Shown piece by piece: positions 32,147 to 45,504 of a stretch of 64,000 nucleotides of DNA. The stretch lies in NCBI RefSeq assembly GCF_009914755.1, contig NC_060929.1. One strand, written 5' to 3'. The notes beneath the pieces were generated by a model that did not search any database, had not been told where the DNA came from, and worked only from the letters and a program-made list of their open reading frames with translations. The stretch is from the human T2T-CHM13v2.0 reference genome, Homo sapiens. The stretch's first letter is position 1. Each line of letters opens with the position of its first letter. The translations under genes and the position numbers were made by a program.

Positions 32147-32562
32147 TGTCTTAGTCCACCTGCATTGCTATGAAGGAACATCTGAGACTGAACAATTTAT
32201 AGAGAAAAGAGGTTTATTTTGGCCCACAGTTCTGAAGCTGTATGGGAAGCATGGCGCTAGCATCTGCCCCTGGTGAGGGCCTCAGGAAGCTTCCAGTCAC
32301 ATGAAAGATGAAGGGGGAGCTGGCATGTACATGGAGAGAATAGGAGCAAGAGAAAGAGGGAGGAGGTCCCAGATTCTTTTAAACAACCAGATCTTACATG
32401 AACTACCTGAGTGAGAAGTCACTCATCACCGAGGCAATGGCACTAAGCCATTCATGAGGAATCCACCCCATGATCCAATGCCTCCCACTAGGCCCCACCT
32501 TCAATGCTGGAGATCACATTTCAACATGAGATTCTGAGGGGACATGCATTCAAACCATATCA
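32147..32562 (-). mobile_element. MST-family MaLR solo LTR with 5-bp TSD GGAAC
   Basis: TGTCTTAGTCC...CAAACCATATCA; GGAAC at 32142-32146 and 32563-32567. Confidence 0.9.
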
Positions 32563-33789
32563 GGAACCAAATTCTATTTCCCACCAAACATAGTCTAACT
32601 ATGTTTGTTAGATGTTTTGATGTTTAATACATCAAAAAAGTAAAAATATCAATTTACAATAATCACAGCTTTTTAATGTTCTGTGGGAGAAAAAAATGTA
32701 GTTAGTACAGTAGAAGAATATCAGGGGAAGCTGCTTATCATTATCAAAAAAATTTCATGATGACAGAATATGACAGCACAAAATGTGTATATGTTTAACT
32801 TAAATGTGAACTTTATCTTACCTGGCTGGTTCTCTGGTTTTCATGTTTGATGGTCACAGGAGTATAAATATCTTTGGAACTTTTTTCTTATCTTGTATAG
32901 TGACAAAGAATAATAACTAGTTCAGTTACATTTTCAAGAGACCTGTCATAACAATGGTATTATTCTTTATTTTCTCATGAAATAATGTTTTGACTTGCAA
33001 CTTAATGTCCCAGCTATAATTTTAACCAAGGCTTTACAAAATGCATAGAGCTTATAAATCTCCAATTCCCAAACATTCTAGTGGAAAGATCAGCTGTAAT
33101 TAAATAAGTAGTAATCAAATAAATTTAATTACAAACTAGGATAAATGTTATGAAGGTAAATTACACAGTGCTACAAGAACTATAGCTGGGGATTGAGGTT
33201 GTATATTTAAGAAAAATCATGTTGGCTTCAATGTGTTGGAGTGTAAAACAGGGAAATGCATGCAGGAAAACTGCCTGGGAGGCTTCTGTGTAGTTTAGGC
33301 AAAATGTGGTAATTTATGAAAGGGTTTGGCGTTGGAGATAGAGTTAGTGAATGAATTTGAGGCATTTGGGAAGTAAAAAGCTCTCACATTGTGCTCAAAC
33401 CTCCCACTGTAGCTATGTAAAACTATCTGCAGGTCCCAGAAGATACCAGCTGTGTCTTGCTTTGTATCTGATGTTTCTTTCCTGAGTCATCTTTTCTTTA
33501 ATGCTCCATCTAGCTACATCTCACTTATCTTTCAGCACCCTGCTGTTCCGTGAACTCCCATGGCTCCCTGTTTTTGCCACTGTTGTCACACTTGTAACAC
33601 AGATTTTTGCCATCTGCTTACTGTTAGTCTTCGTGCTAGACTGTTAGCTATTATACTTGAGGGCACTGTCTTATCTATTTTGTTTCTGTACCACCAGCTC
33701 TGGAGCCATGATCCAAACAGAGCAGAAAACACGTATTTCTTAAATTACTACCCAGCCAGGTAGGATTATTGCAAACCCTTTCATAAATT

Positions 33790-35500
33790 CATTATTCTTT
33801 CAAAAAATCAATTTTGATTTCTTAAATTCTCTCATGTGTTTGTTTTGTGTTTCGTTAATTTTGGCTTCTATCTTCATTAGTTCTACCTTCTATTTTTGAG
33901 CGTTTTAATTTGTTTTTCTTTTACTAACTTCTTGAGATGGACGTTTAAATTATTGATTTTCGGCCTTTATTCTTCGCTAACGTATACACTTAAGGTTATA
34001 GATTTTTTTCCTCTAAAACATGACTTTTATTGCATTCTGCACATATTTTCATTATCACTAAGTTCAAAGTATTTTCTAATTTCTGTTGTGATCTCTTTTT
34101 TGACCTAAAGGTTATTTAGAAATATATTTTGTATTTTATAAACATATGGTAATTTTCTAGTTATCTTTTTATTATCAATTAGTCTATGATCATATATAGA
34201 TCAGATCACATATGATCTGTGTGATTTTACTCCTTTGAAATTTGTTGAGAATTGCTTTACAGTCTAGCAATTTAAAAAAATTTCTGCATGCATTTGAAAA
34301 GAATGTATGGTCTGCAGTTGTTGGTTATTTAAATACATAAATTCTAACTGGGTTGTTCGAATATTCTATATCATTTTTTTTGTCTGCTTGTTCCATCAGT
34401 TCCATAGAAGTACTTTTAAATCTTCTAGCATGAATGTGCATTTGCCTGTTTCTTCTTGTAATTCCATCAGTTTTTGCTTTATATGTTTTTAGGCTATTTT
34501 AGTAGGTGACATAAAGGTAGAATTATTATATGTAACTGTTAAATCCTTTTCCCATAATGTCTCTCATTTTTGCTTTAAAGTATATATATATATATATAGG
34601 CACACATTATATATATAAGTGTATATACATGTATATATATAAAGTATATATATATATATACACACACTAATATTTCTCATATTAGTATAGTTCTATCAGC
34701 TTTCTTTTGGTTATTTACTGGTGACTAACAAAGTATCCATGAACATAGTCACTTAAAACAACAAATATTTATTATTCCCAACACTTTAAGAGAATCAAGA
34801 ATCTAGGTGCAGCTTAGTCTTTCATGAAGTTGCAGCCAGGATGTCAAGTGGGTCTGCAGTCTTCCGAAGGCTTGACTGGGGCTGGATGATCCACTTCCAC
34901 AAGGGCTCACTCACATAGCTGTTCACTGGAGACCTCAGTTTCTCACTGGCTGTTGGCAGGAAGCCTTGGTTCTTCACATGGATCTCTTCATAGGGCTGCC
35001 TGAGTATCCTCATGAGATGATGGCTAGCTTCCCACAGAGCAAGCAATCCAGAGAGAGAGAGATCAAGGAGGAAGCCACAATGTATTCTATGGCTTAGTCT
35101 CAGAAGTCACACACTTGCACTTCTGCCACATTCTGTTCATTAGAAGTGTCACTAAATACAACCCACTGTCAAGGGAGGGGAAATAGGCTCCACCTTTGAA
35201 GACAGAAGTATCAAGAAATTTGTGGTCCTATTTTAAAATGACCACAATTAGTATTTACATGGAATATATTTTTTCATTTCTTTACTTCTAGACTGTTCCT
35301 TATATTTTAGGTTTGGCCCATATTAAGAAGAATACACGTATATTGTATGCCAGTCTGTCAATTTTTATCTTTTAATTGTAGCATTTAGCCCATTTTCACC
35401 TAATGTACTTATTGATGTACTTGAGTTTAAATCTACTATGTCGTTGCTTGATTTCTCTTCATCTCACCATGTGTGTTCTCTTTTCTAATTTCTTACTTTT
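33790..35500 (-). mobile_element. Old L1M ORF2 fragment interrupted by (TA)n (about 34580-34660) and an MLT1 LTR
   Basis: T-rich antisense L1 (CCTTTGAAATTTGTTGAGA, GCATTTGAAAAGAATGT). Confidence 0.7.
34700..35247 (-). mobile_element. MaLR solo LTR, MLT1E/F/G-like; donor of the 39677-39924 copy
   Basis: GAAGGCTTGACTGGGGCTGGATGATCCACTTCC...AGGCTCCACCTTTGA...ACCACA. Confidence 0.8.
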
Positions 35501-36849
35501 GGAGTGAGATGATTTGAAGCTGGGTTTCAGTCTCTGTGAAGGCTAGTCTACTTGGATTGACCATTATTCCCAAGGAGCTGCCATTCAGGATCCCTGCTGA
35601 GAACAGACTCTGAACACCATTACGGTGCTGCTGTTCATGTGAGCTGGTTGAAAGTTCTGCTCAGCTTCTGGGCTTCTCAGCATCCGCTTCCAGAACCAGC
35701 ATACAATAGAGGGGAAAAGAGGTCCCAAGCTGAGCTTACTTCAGTGGGTTTCTGCCCCAGATTTCGGCTCTGTAATTCTCCCCTATCTTGTTGGCTCCCC
35801 AAAGCTCTCAAGCAGAATATTTTTAAAAATTATTTTCTAACTGTTTATTTGGGAAGGTTGTTCTGAATGTCTCAGTTTGTCTTCAATGGAAGTGCAGTTG
35901 TATCTCATTTAATTTTTCACAAATGGTGGAATAAGGATTACTATTCCTTTGCTAGTGAGGAAATTAGTCACAGATGAGCCAAGTAAATAGCTCAAAGTTA
36001 CATTTAGAAAGTGACAAACTTAGAATTTGAAACTGTGTATTTCTGTCTGTAAAATTCAGGCTATTTACATTAGCTAAAGCAATTTTGGCTGATATCCTTG
36101 AAATGGAACACACCATTAGAAGATTTATTAATAATAATAATGCTTATTGTTATTAATACGATTGCTTATACTTCTCACTAATTATAAATATATGTTTGAA
36201 AAACTGAAAATCTTTCTGTTTTATAGTAGTTTTTAATTAATTGCATTAAAACATAGTGATTTTGAGGTTCCTAAGTATTGTGATTTATAGTTTTATAATT
36301 CCATATTGATACTGACTAGGAATCAGAGTTTTATAAAATAATAGTACTTTATCATGAAGGCCTAATTGAAACAAATAAGTGCTTATTTTTAAAGTATGCA
36401 TTAAAAATTGTCTCAATTTTAGAATTTCTTAACTGCCACTTCTTCACTCCTTATCCAGGACTCATTTTAAAGAAACTCAGTCTTGCTTCAAGTCTCATTT
36501 ATCTCCCATTAAAATTCCATTGTAAAACAATGAATTCCTTTTCATAAAGGCACATAAATATTAAATTCTACCATATGTTATTTGTCTTTCAGGGATCACA
36601 TTTTTGAAATCTGTATGGATCTTTAAATAGTCAACAAATACATATAACATGTGTTGCTATCCAGTTTGTAAAGCTTTAAAATATTATTAAGAACTGAAGA
36701 AAAGTTCTTATTTTCTTATTTAAAAGACACATCTGTATTTGGAGATAGCTTCTCTGCTTATTTTCATTGTTTAGAAACTTTACTTTCTCTAGCAGAGAAA
36801 TCAGAATATTTCCATCTGCTCTGCAATGATGAGGTTAAATTAAAGTTGA

Positions 36850-37376
<527 letters not shown>

Positions 37377-37639
37377 TGAGGGCATCAGCCTCTACATAGA
37401 CTTGACTTTTTTTCTCAAGTGTTGGTGCCACTCAAGAGAAAAGGAAATAATAGAGTCTTCTCAGGCCAACTGGCATTAGCTTTAAGGGAACAGAATAAAT
37501 GAAATCTGACTTAGGGTTTTTTTCCTTTAGAAGCCCTGAATTATATTGAACAACTTATCTTTCTGGAGTAGGGAGATAGAGATTTGGAGCACGGTCCCAG
37601 AGATGACTAAAGAGTGTGCCTTTTCCTGCACCTTTGTTG

Positions 37640-38760
37640 TGTCTATTAGAACCAAAACTCTGTGCTGGGCAGCTGCAGAAGAAAGATACAGGATTTGAGG
37701 CAGTGGAAAAACCGTCACCCTGAGGACGAGGATATAATATTGCCTGGACGTCCTTGAATTCCATCTAACATGCTCTGGATCTGTTGGTTGGAGACCATAG
37801 GTCAGTATGGGTCCTGGGAAGTCAAAATTACAGCCTGTATTTTTTTTTTCTGGTTTTAAATACCAAGTATTTGAAAACAGGAGGAGGAAATCAACCAAAA
37901 GAGGAGGAAGAGAGGGAGAAGAGTTTTACAAAAAGTTAACTTCAGTAACTGCAAAGACATTCCTCTTTAGTGGAACTTTTTCCTAAGAGTTGCAATTTTT
38001 TATTTTTTTTGATTCTAGAAGCTTAAGATGGCAGAGAAGAGAAAATGTAGGCTGCAATGGGGTAAGCTGCCTTTTTGGAGACTACATAGCCTGGTCATAT
38101 GAAAGATTACTTTGGATGTGATGGTGACGCTTTGGGAGAGAGTTGGCTTACAGCCAGCTTAAAAGGGACTTAATGAACCCTGTCAGGGAACATCTTTGTA
38201 TGTTGACTGCTGGATTCCGAGGGCCCAAGGATTGACTCCTTAGCACCCCGTCAGATTGCTGGTGACCTAAGAATTGCCATTTGATGTTCCTACTGGAAGA
38301 ATCTTGAAGAAACTCCAGAAAAATGCTCACGAAAAAAATCAATATTGGGAATCTGCCATACCCTGAGGGCACGACTATCAGATTATGTATCTTTTAGTCC
38401 AGTAAGAACTTTCCCCTAACTCTCCCTACTCCCACCCCCAGTAGTAACTCTGTAGGATTTGGGGAGGGTGGAGAAGGAGAAAAATTCAAGTCTGAGAAAT
38501 AAAAAGGACCATGTTCCTTTCCCTCACTGTGGGTTTCTTAGCTGGAAGTTGCTCTGAACCAGAGGAAGGAAGGAGCTTTAGCTTTAAATAAAGTATGAAA
38601 AGTTGATCAAAATAGTGGACTGGACATTTAATTACTGGAGTGAGACTGACCAGAGGACTTATAATATTCAAAATGAATCAGAAAATTATGGGTGCTGCCT
38701 GAGTTACTGAGTTACAATGGGTTACCAGCTACGAACTCATTGAGTTAGTGCCAAGGGCAG
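37640..38760 (+). mobile_element. Possible ancient LTR (LTR78/LTR81-like)
   Basis: Weak resemblance to recalled consensus; purine-rich blocks and AATAAA at 38498. Confidence 0.3.
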
Positions 38761-38878
38761 GGAGGAAAGTAAAGTTACTTTATGATTGCACCTTTTTACG
38801 TTTTGCCCCATTAAGTACTGGTTACAGCTCATCCAAATGTCTCAGCCTCTATCAGTCTGTGAGAGTATACGTAGAGAC

Positions 38879-39240
38879 TGTCTTGGTCCTTCTGGGCTGC
38901 TATAACAAAAATACCATAGGCTGGGTGGCTTAGAAATAACAGAAATTTTATTTCTCACAGTTTTGGAGGCTGGGCAGTTCAAGATCAAGGTTCAGGTAGA
39001 TTCAGTATCTAATAAGGGCTCTTCCTGTTGCATAGTCTTCTCACTGTCTCCTATGTAGTAGAAAGCTGAGGGAGCTCTTGGGTTTCTTTTATAAGGGCAT
39101 GGATCCCAATTATAAGGGCTCCACCCTCATGACCTAATCATCTCCTAAAGGTCCCATCTCCAAATACAATCACATTGGGGATTAGGTTTCAACATATGAA
39201 TTGGGGGGCGGGGGAACATAAACATGCAGTCTGTAGTACA
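38879..39240 (-). mobile_element. MaLR solo LTR, MLT1A/MSTD-like
   Basis: TGTCTTGGTCC...GGGCTGCTATAACAAAAATACCATAGGCTGGGTGG...CAACATATGAATT. Confidence 0.85.
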
Positions 39241-39515
39241 CATGAAAATGTATTTCCAAATTTCCATGACTCTTAGCTCATACTTGCTCCTGTAGGCAGT
39301 CACCCTACCCACCCTACTCCCCTACTCAACTCCCCAACTCAGTCAAGGTTTCCCTGGGTCACAGTCAGGAGTTTTCCAAGGTCAAGGAGATTCCCAGGTT
39401 CTCAGTACTCAGTACCGCTCCTCTTCTTCTGTTTGTGAACCCTTTAGGAAGTCCATGGGTTCGTAGGCCTCAAATGAGGCCCCTACCCACTGCCTTGGAA
39501 GACAAGGATCCTGGG

Positions 39516-39965
39516 TGTGATGGGCTGAAAAATGATCCCTGAAGATATATATATTCGAATCCCTGGAATCTGTGAACATTATATTATATGGAAACAGAGT
39601 CTTTATGCATAGATTTCATTAAGATGATCAGATTTAATTAAGATGGGGATATTTTCTTGGTTTATCAGAGTAGGACCTAAATACAACCCACTGTCAAGGG
39701 AGGGGAAATAGGCTCCACCTTTGAAGACAGAAGTATCAAGAAATTTATCTAAAAATAAATTTCTTAAAACAACAGAAATTTATTCCCTAATGGTTCTGGA
39801 AGCCAGAAGTCTAAGATCAGCTTGATCAAGGAGGAAGCCACAATGTATTCTATGGCTTAGTCTCAGAAGTCACACACTTGCACTTCTGCCACATTCTGTT
39901 CATTAGAAGTGTCACTAAATACAATTTGGAGTACTTTGTTAAAGTGCTTTAGGAAATGAATATAC
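39516..39965 (+). mobile_element. MLT1B/C-like LTR whose middle is replaced by a complex templated rearrangement
   Basis: TGTGATGGGCTGAA start; GTACTTTGTT...TAGGAAATGAATATAC end; 39677-39746 equals 35152-35221 and 39824-39924 equals 35061-35161. Confidence 0.85.
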
Positions 39966-40519
39966 TAGGAAGATACTGCTCCCTCCTCCTCTGTAGGGCA
40001 CAAGCAGACATTATAGGGCATGCCTCATTCTGGATTCAGTTGGGTCATCTGAGCCCCTAGTCAACACTACTTATGCCTCGAGTCTCACAAGGACTTTTGT
40101 GGAAAAAATATATTTTACCTTCTAATGAAAAGTGACCATTCAAGTTTGAAGTGGAGGTGGGGAGATGAGTGAAAGAAAGTAGGCCAGGCCTTCCCCTCCA
40201 TTGTCCTGGTTTTTCCTGTTCCCGTAGGCACCTGCCTCCAAGTTCCTCTTAATCTTCAGCAAAATACAAAACAAAGCAAAACAAACAAAACAAAGCACAA
40301 CTCCATACAACCCCAACAATGCTTCCCATGCAGATCAACTGATACAGGGGGTGAGGCTGTCACTCTTCACTTTTCAGAGAAGCATTTGAGTTTGCTCAAA
40401 TCCAGCCATACTCCCTGAACCATCTAGACATACTGAACTGCCTACTCCAGAACCAGGTGCCTAGAACATATTCAGAAAATGATGGCTACTGTGGGAGAAA
40501 AACTCTATTGGAATTGGTA

Positions 40520-40680
40520 GGACTGGGTTTGAACTCCCAGGTTTGCCTTTCCCTGGCACTGGCACTTTTTCTCATCTGTAAAAGGTGTGGTTGGGGTGGG
40601 GCCGGTGGTAAGCATATGCATCTCAAAGAGTAGTTTTAAGAATTTAGTGAGCATAGGGCCTGGTACGCAGATAATAAATA
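40520..40680 (+). mobile_element. MIR SINE (others at about 35905-36060 minus, 41705-41890 plus, 42075-42200 minus, 57255-57380 plus)
   Basis: GACTGGGTTTGAACTCCCAG...TTTCTCATCTGTAAAA core motifs. Confidence 0.7.
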
Positions 40681-42659
40681 ATTCCCACTCACTAATGCTT
40701 TTACATTTTGATTATTTCCTTACTTCTTCATGGCATTTTACGTGCAAATGTTTTACCACATTATTGTAGAATAATAAAAATAATCTTCAAAAGGTGATTA
40801 TCTAGTCATCTCACTGATTGCATTATGAGTTCATTGAAGACAGAGATTGTCTTTTTACATCTTTTGTCTCTATTGTCTAGCACATAGCCGACTTTACAAA
40901 TATCTGTTGACTAATTCAACATTTTAGACACCTCTGACAGCAGGAATGCCTTTTATTACTAGTTTTAATCAGAAACACAAATTCAAGTTAGATTGTTGCC
41001 TCTACCAGGTAACATGTTCATCTTCTTATGAGAACAGAAAAGAATGATCTGAATGGAAGCCTGGAACAGACTTAGCCAGAAACAAACAAACGAACAAACA
41101 AAACTGGTTACCTGAGCCAATGTGTATGCCTCTATAAGGTGAGAACAAAGTGCTTTAGAAACAGTGAGAGTCTTCAGTGACCCAGCTTTGACCTGTGTTC
41201 ATTTCATGAAGTGACATTCAAGCAAACTTTTAGGACCATTTACTCAATCCTCTATGGGGTGCCTCATTTTTCAAAAAATTCAACCCATTGAAATAAAAAC
41301 CTACTGATAAATAAGGCAATTGTTCCTATTTCAAAAGGAATTTTTTTCTTCACAATACTATCAGGTTCAAATGAGGGAGGTTCCTTAGAGCATTTAAAAT
41401 ATGACTACATTTCTAGAAGTTCTGCAACTTTGAGGCAAACACACCCATAGTGTGAAAATAAAGTCCACTTTCGATTTACATTAATATTCTGTGTTTTTGC
41501 ATAGTTTAATTCTCCTAATTTATTCACTTAATCACTTTCTTATTTGTTCAAAAATCAGTTAAACAAATTTTACACTTCTGAGACACTGACCACAAGAAGG
41601 ATAGTCTAAGTTGGTCTAAATAATGAAGAAGCCTAGTCTCTCAGCCCATGTGACATTACATGCCAGACAGGGAAGTTCACATGATTCTGAGTTAAAAAAA
41701 AAAACCCGAGTTCAAACTTCAGCATTATGAGTTGCAATACTAGTTGCATGACTTTGGGTAAATTACCTATCCTGCATGTCAGTTTCTCCATCTAGTATAA
41801 AAAGGACTAGCTCATAAGGTTGCCTGAGGATTCCTGAGATAACAAAGCACATGATGCTTGATTTACAGGGGCCAAGTGGCTGATAAAAAAATTGTTAGTT
41901 TCTTTTTTACCTCATCCAGATATCCTTCTTGTCTCTGGCCCCTCACCTCCTACAATCACAGGTAGCCCTCTAACTAAAATCAGACATTCTGAAATTTACA
42001 TTTTATCGGCATTTTCCCCCGAAAGTATTCTATTGGCAAGACATAACAGCAACAATAGCGGCAGTAGCAACAATTGCTAATATTTTATTGAAGCCTCATG
42101 AAGTACCTGCATTACCTCATTTAATCATCACTACAACCCTTTGATCTAAGTAATAGTTATTATCTTTATTTTAAAGAGAGGTTAAAGTAACTTGCTCAAG
42201 TGAGATGCAAACTTAATACATGCTGTCGATACATACTGATGTGTTTTGTTACCTCCAAGTACAAAGGTAGTAGAATTTTCATTACTTGTAAGTATTAGAA
42301 AAGCTGTAAATTCTCTAGCCCCTTACTCAGAGATGCTGAAATAGTCCTAAATGTGAAAAAGAGAGGATGTTTCTACTGTGGAGACCTAGTATCATGACAG
42401 CTCATAACCAGAATATAAATGTGACATTTGACCTAGTGATCTTTTCTGAATCAAACTTTCTCTTTCAGCAGCCCCCGGTCTCATGAAACCTGGAACTTTC
42501 ATTCTGCAGAGAGACTCTTGAGTAGAAGACTACCAATGAGATCCACTCATTTGCATACAAATATGTTAGTTAATTATTCACAGAAATTTTACATTACAAG
42601 TGAGAATTATTAAAAATTCCTTTGAATTTCCTAGAAAATAATTTTTAAGAAATTAAAGT

Positions 42660-43995
42660 AATAGACTTCATATTTTAGAACTGTTTTAGATTTACAGAAA
42701 AATGGCAGAGTTCCCTTTTGCCTCCTCTCCCCATTTCCCCTCCCCACTCAGTTTTTGCTTTTATTAACATCTTGCATTAATGTGGTATGTTTGTTACAAC
42801 TGATGAGCAAATATTGACACATTATTAACTAAAGTCATAGTTTACATTAGGGTGACACATTATTAACTAAAGTCATAGTTTACATTAGGGTTCACCCTGT
42901 GTTGTAAAGCTTTATGTGTTTTGACAAATGAATAATGCCATGTATCCACCATTAGAGTATCATACAGAATAGTTTCACTACTCTAAAATTCCCCATGTGC
43001 CACCTCTCTTATCTCCCTCCCTCCTTTCAAAACCCCTCCAAACCACTGCTCCTGTTACTGTCTCTACAATTTTGCCATTTCCACAATGTCCTACAGTTGG
43101 ATCCAAACAGTACACAGCCTTCTTAGGCTGGCTTCTTTCAGCAATATGCCTCCATGCCTTTTTGTGGTTTGATTATTCACTTCTTTTAGTTACGGAATAA
43201 TATTCCATTGTAAGGGTATACCATAGTTTGTTTATCCATTCACCTATCCAAGGACAGCTGGGTTTCTTCTAAGTTTTGGCAATTATCAGCAAAGCTGCTA
43301 TAAACATTTATGTACAGGTTTTTATGTAGATATAAGTTTTCAACTCATTTGGGTAAATGCTAAGGAGCTAGATTGCTGGATTATAAGGTAAGAATATGTT
43401 TAGTTTAGTAAGAAACTGCCACACAAATGCTTGGGCACAAATTTAACAAAATATGTATAAGATTTATATGAGGAAGAGTACAAAACAAAGAACATATTTT
43501 GTTAAATTTGTGCCCAAGCATTTCATTTTTTTTGGTGTTAATATAAATGACATTGTGCTTTAAACTTCAAATTCCAATTGTTCATTGCTGGTATATAGGA
43601 AAGCAATTGACTTCCTGTATACCAGCAATGGTATCTGTTAAAGATTAATAAAAAATAAACTAGGCATATTAACTTTGTATCCTGCAACCTTACTATAATT
43701 GCTTATTAGTTTCAGGAAGTTTTCTTTGTTGATTCTTTGGAATTTTCTACATAAACAGTTGTGTCATCTGTGAGCAAAGACAGCTTATTTATTTCCAAAT
43801 CTATATACCTTTTATTTTCCTTCTTGACTTATTGCATCAAGTAGAACTTCCAATATGATGCTGAATATGAATGGTGAAAGTGGACATCTCTGCCTTGTTC
43901 CTGAACTTAGCAGGAAAATATCTAGTTTCTCACTACTAAGTATGATGTTAAGTGTAGGTTTCTGTAGATGTTCTTTATTAAGTTGAAGGAAAAAT
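42660..43995 (-). mobile_element. L1MC-type 3' end plus ORF2 fragment with internal duplication and inversions
   Basis: TTTTAGATTTACAGAAAAAT...ATTATTAACTAAAGTC; GGACATCTCTGCCTTGTTCCTGA. Confidence 0.85.
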
Positions 43996-45504
43996 AAATT
44001 TTTAATGACAGGATTTCAGCAACCAATGAAGGGTGTTTTCTGGGGACAGGGGTTTCTTTCAAATAATACTTCACAGGGCTTCTGTTACATATGCGAATGG
44101 TCAAGCACAGTACAAGAAATGATTCTCTTCTCTCAGATAAACAACAAAAAGCTCCCAATCCTGCTCAAAGATGCTCTTCTACAGCAAAGGCAGATCCACT
44201 AATTTCCACAGTGAGTTCTCTCTTGTTAAATGAACTCAAAAGCCCCTACTGAATCCCTCCTAACACTTTTCTGCTGCAGAAATGCAAAGATAAGCAGAAA
44301 AAAATCCCAGTACTTTAAAAATTTACAGCGAAGTGGGAGCATTTTGGGGATGGAGCAGGGTTTGTTGAGTAGGATAAGATGTGTCTACATGTATCTAAAA
44401 CGCAAGGTAAAGTATTCTAGATTTTGGCAGTACTTACAAAGTTAGACTTTGTTTTCTTCTTGCTTACTTCTTAGAGCAACCTAGTGGGTCATTGATATTT
44501 TTATTTCCATCAGATTTGGACCACTGTCATAAATTTGCTGAGCAGATTCTCTTGAATCCAGTTTCTTTAGCAGAGTTTCAAGGAAAGACCAGCAGATTCT
44601 TGTTATGAAGTCTGTCCTAGAATAAGTTGTTGCTGTCAGAGAGATAAAAGACAGCCACATCCAGGGAAAAGACACAAAATGTGATTGTGGAAGCTAGAGA
44701 AAGAGAGTACTCTAAAAGATCCCAGCTTTTAAAATGGAAAAAAATAGCTCCACTCAGGCTAAGTAAGGAGCCTTTTACATACATGCAATCATTTGTTTTC
44801 TAAACTATTTTTAAAATGAATTAACCAGAGTCCTGGAGGTCAGCTGCTGATTAAAGAGATCACTACTTGTAAAAAGTGATTTTGTTTTGTTTTTTTGAGC
44901 AAAGAACTAAGAGTTCCTTACATCATAAAGACTGTCAGGAGAAAATATCCCAGTGAAGGAAAAAATGCATAAAGAAAATATTGGAACTGAGTGCTTCCAT
45001 AAATTGAATATGTTTGCATTTGTTGAAGTTCATGAGATTTTGCAGAGTGACAGATAATTTAGAACTGTTTGTTCAAAGAAGAGAGGAGATTGTAAGATGT
45101 CCTCAAAATAATTCCATATGTTAACATGTTAGTTCTTGGAAAATTCAGAGTATGTTCTGTCACCTCGAAAACAATCCCACACTGGGCAATGGCCTCCCAG
45201 GGCATAAAAGAAACAGATGCCACTGGCAAAGCTGAACTGTTTATTTTTAAACATAGAGACCTAAAGATTGGTAAAAAAATAAACTAGACATTTGAATATT
45301 TTTTTCTCACCAAGGACTAGAAGTGTGCATGTTGGGGGGTTGGGGCATGCATAAAAATCAATCTGCATTTTCTAGGAGAAAAATTTCCCAAACCATATTG
45401 TAAAGGAAAGATAACTAGAAGTGGATGTTAGAGCCAAGAGAAATAGATCTAGTCCTGACTGCATCAATTAGATCTAGTCCTGACTGTATCAAATATGATC
45501 CACA

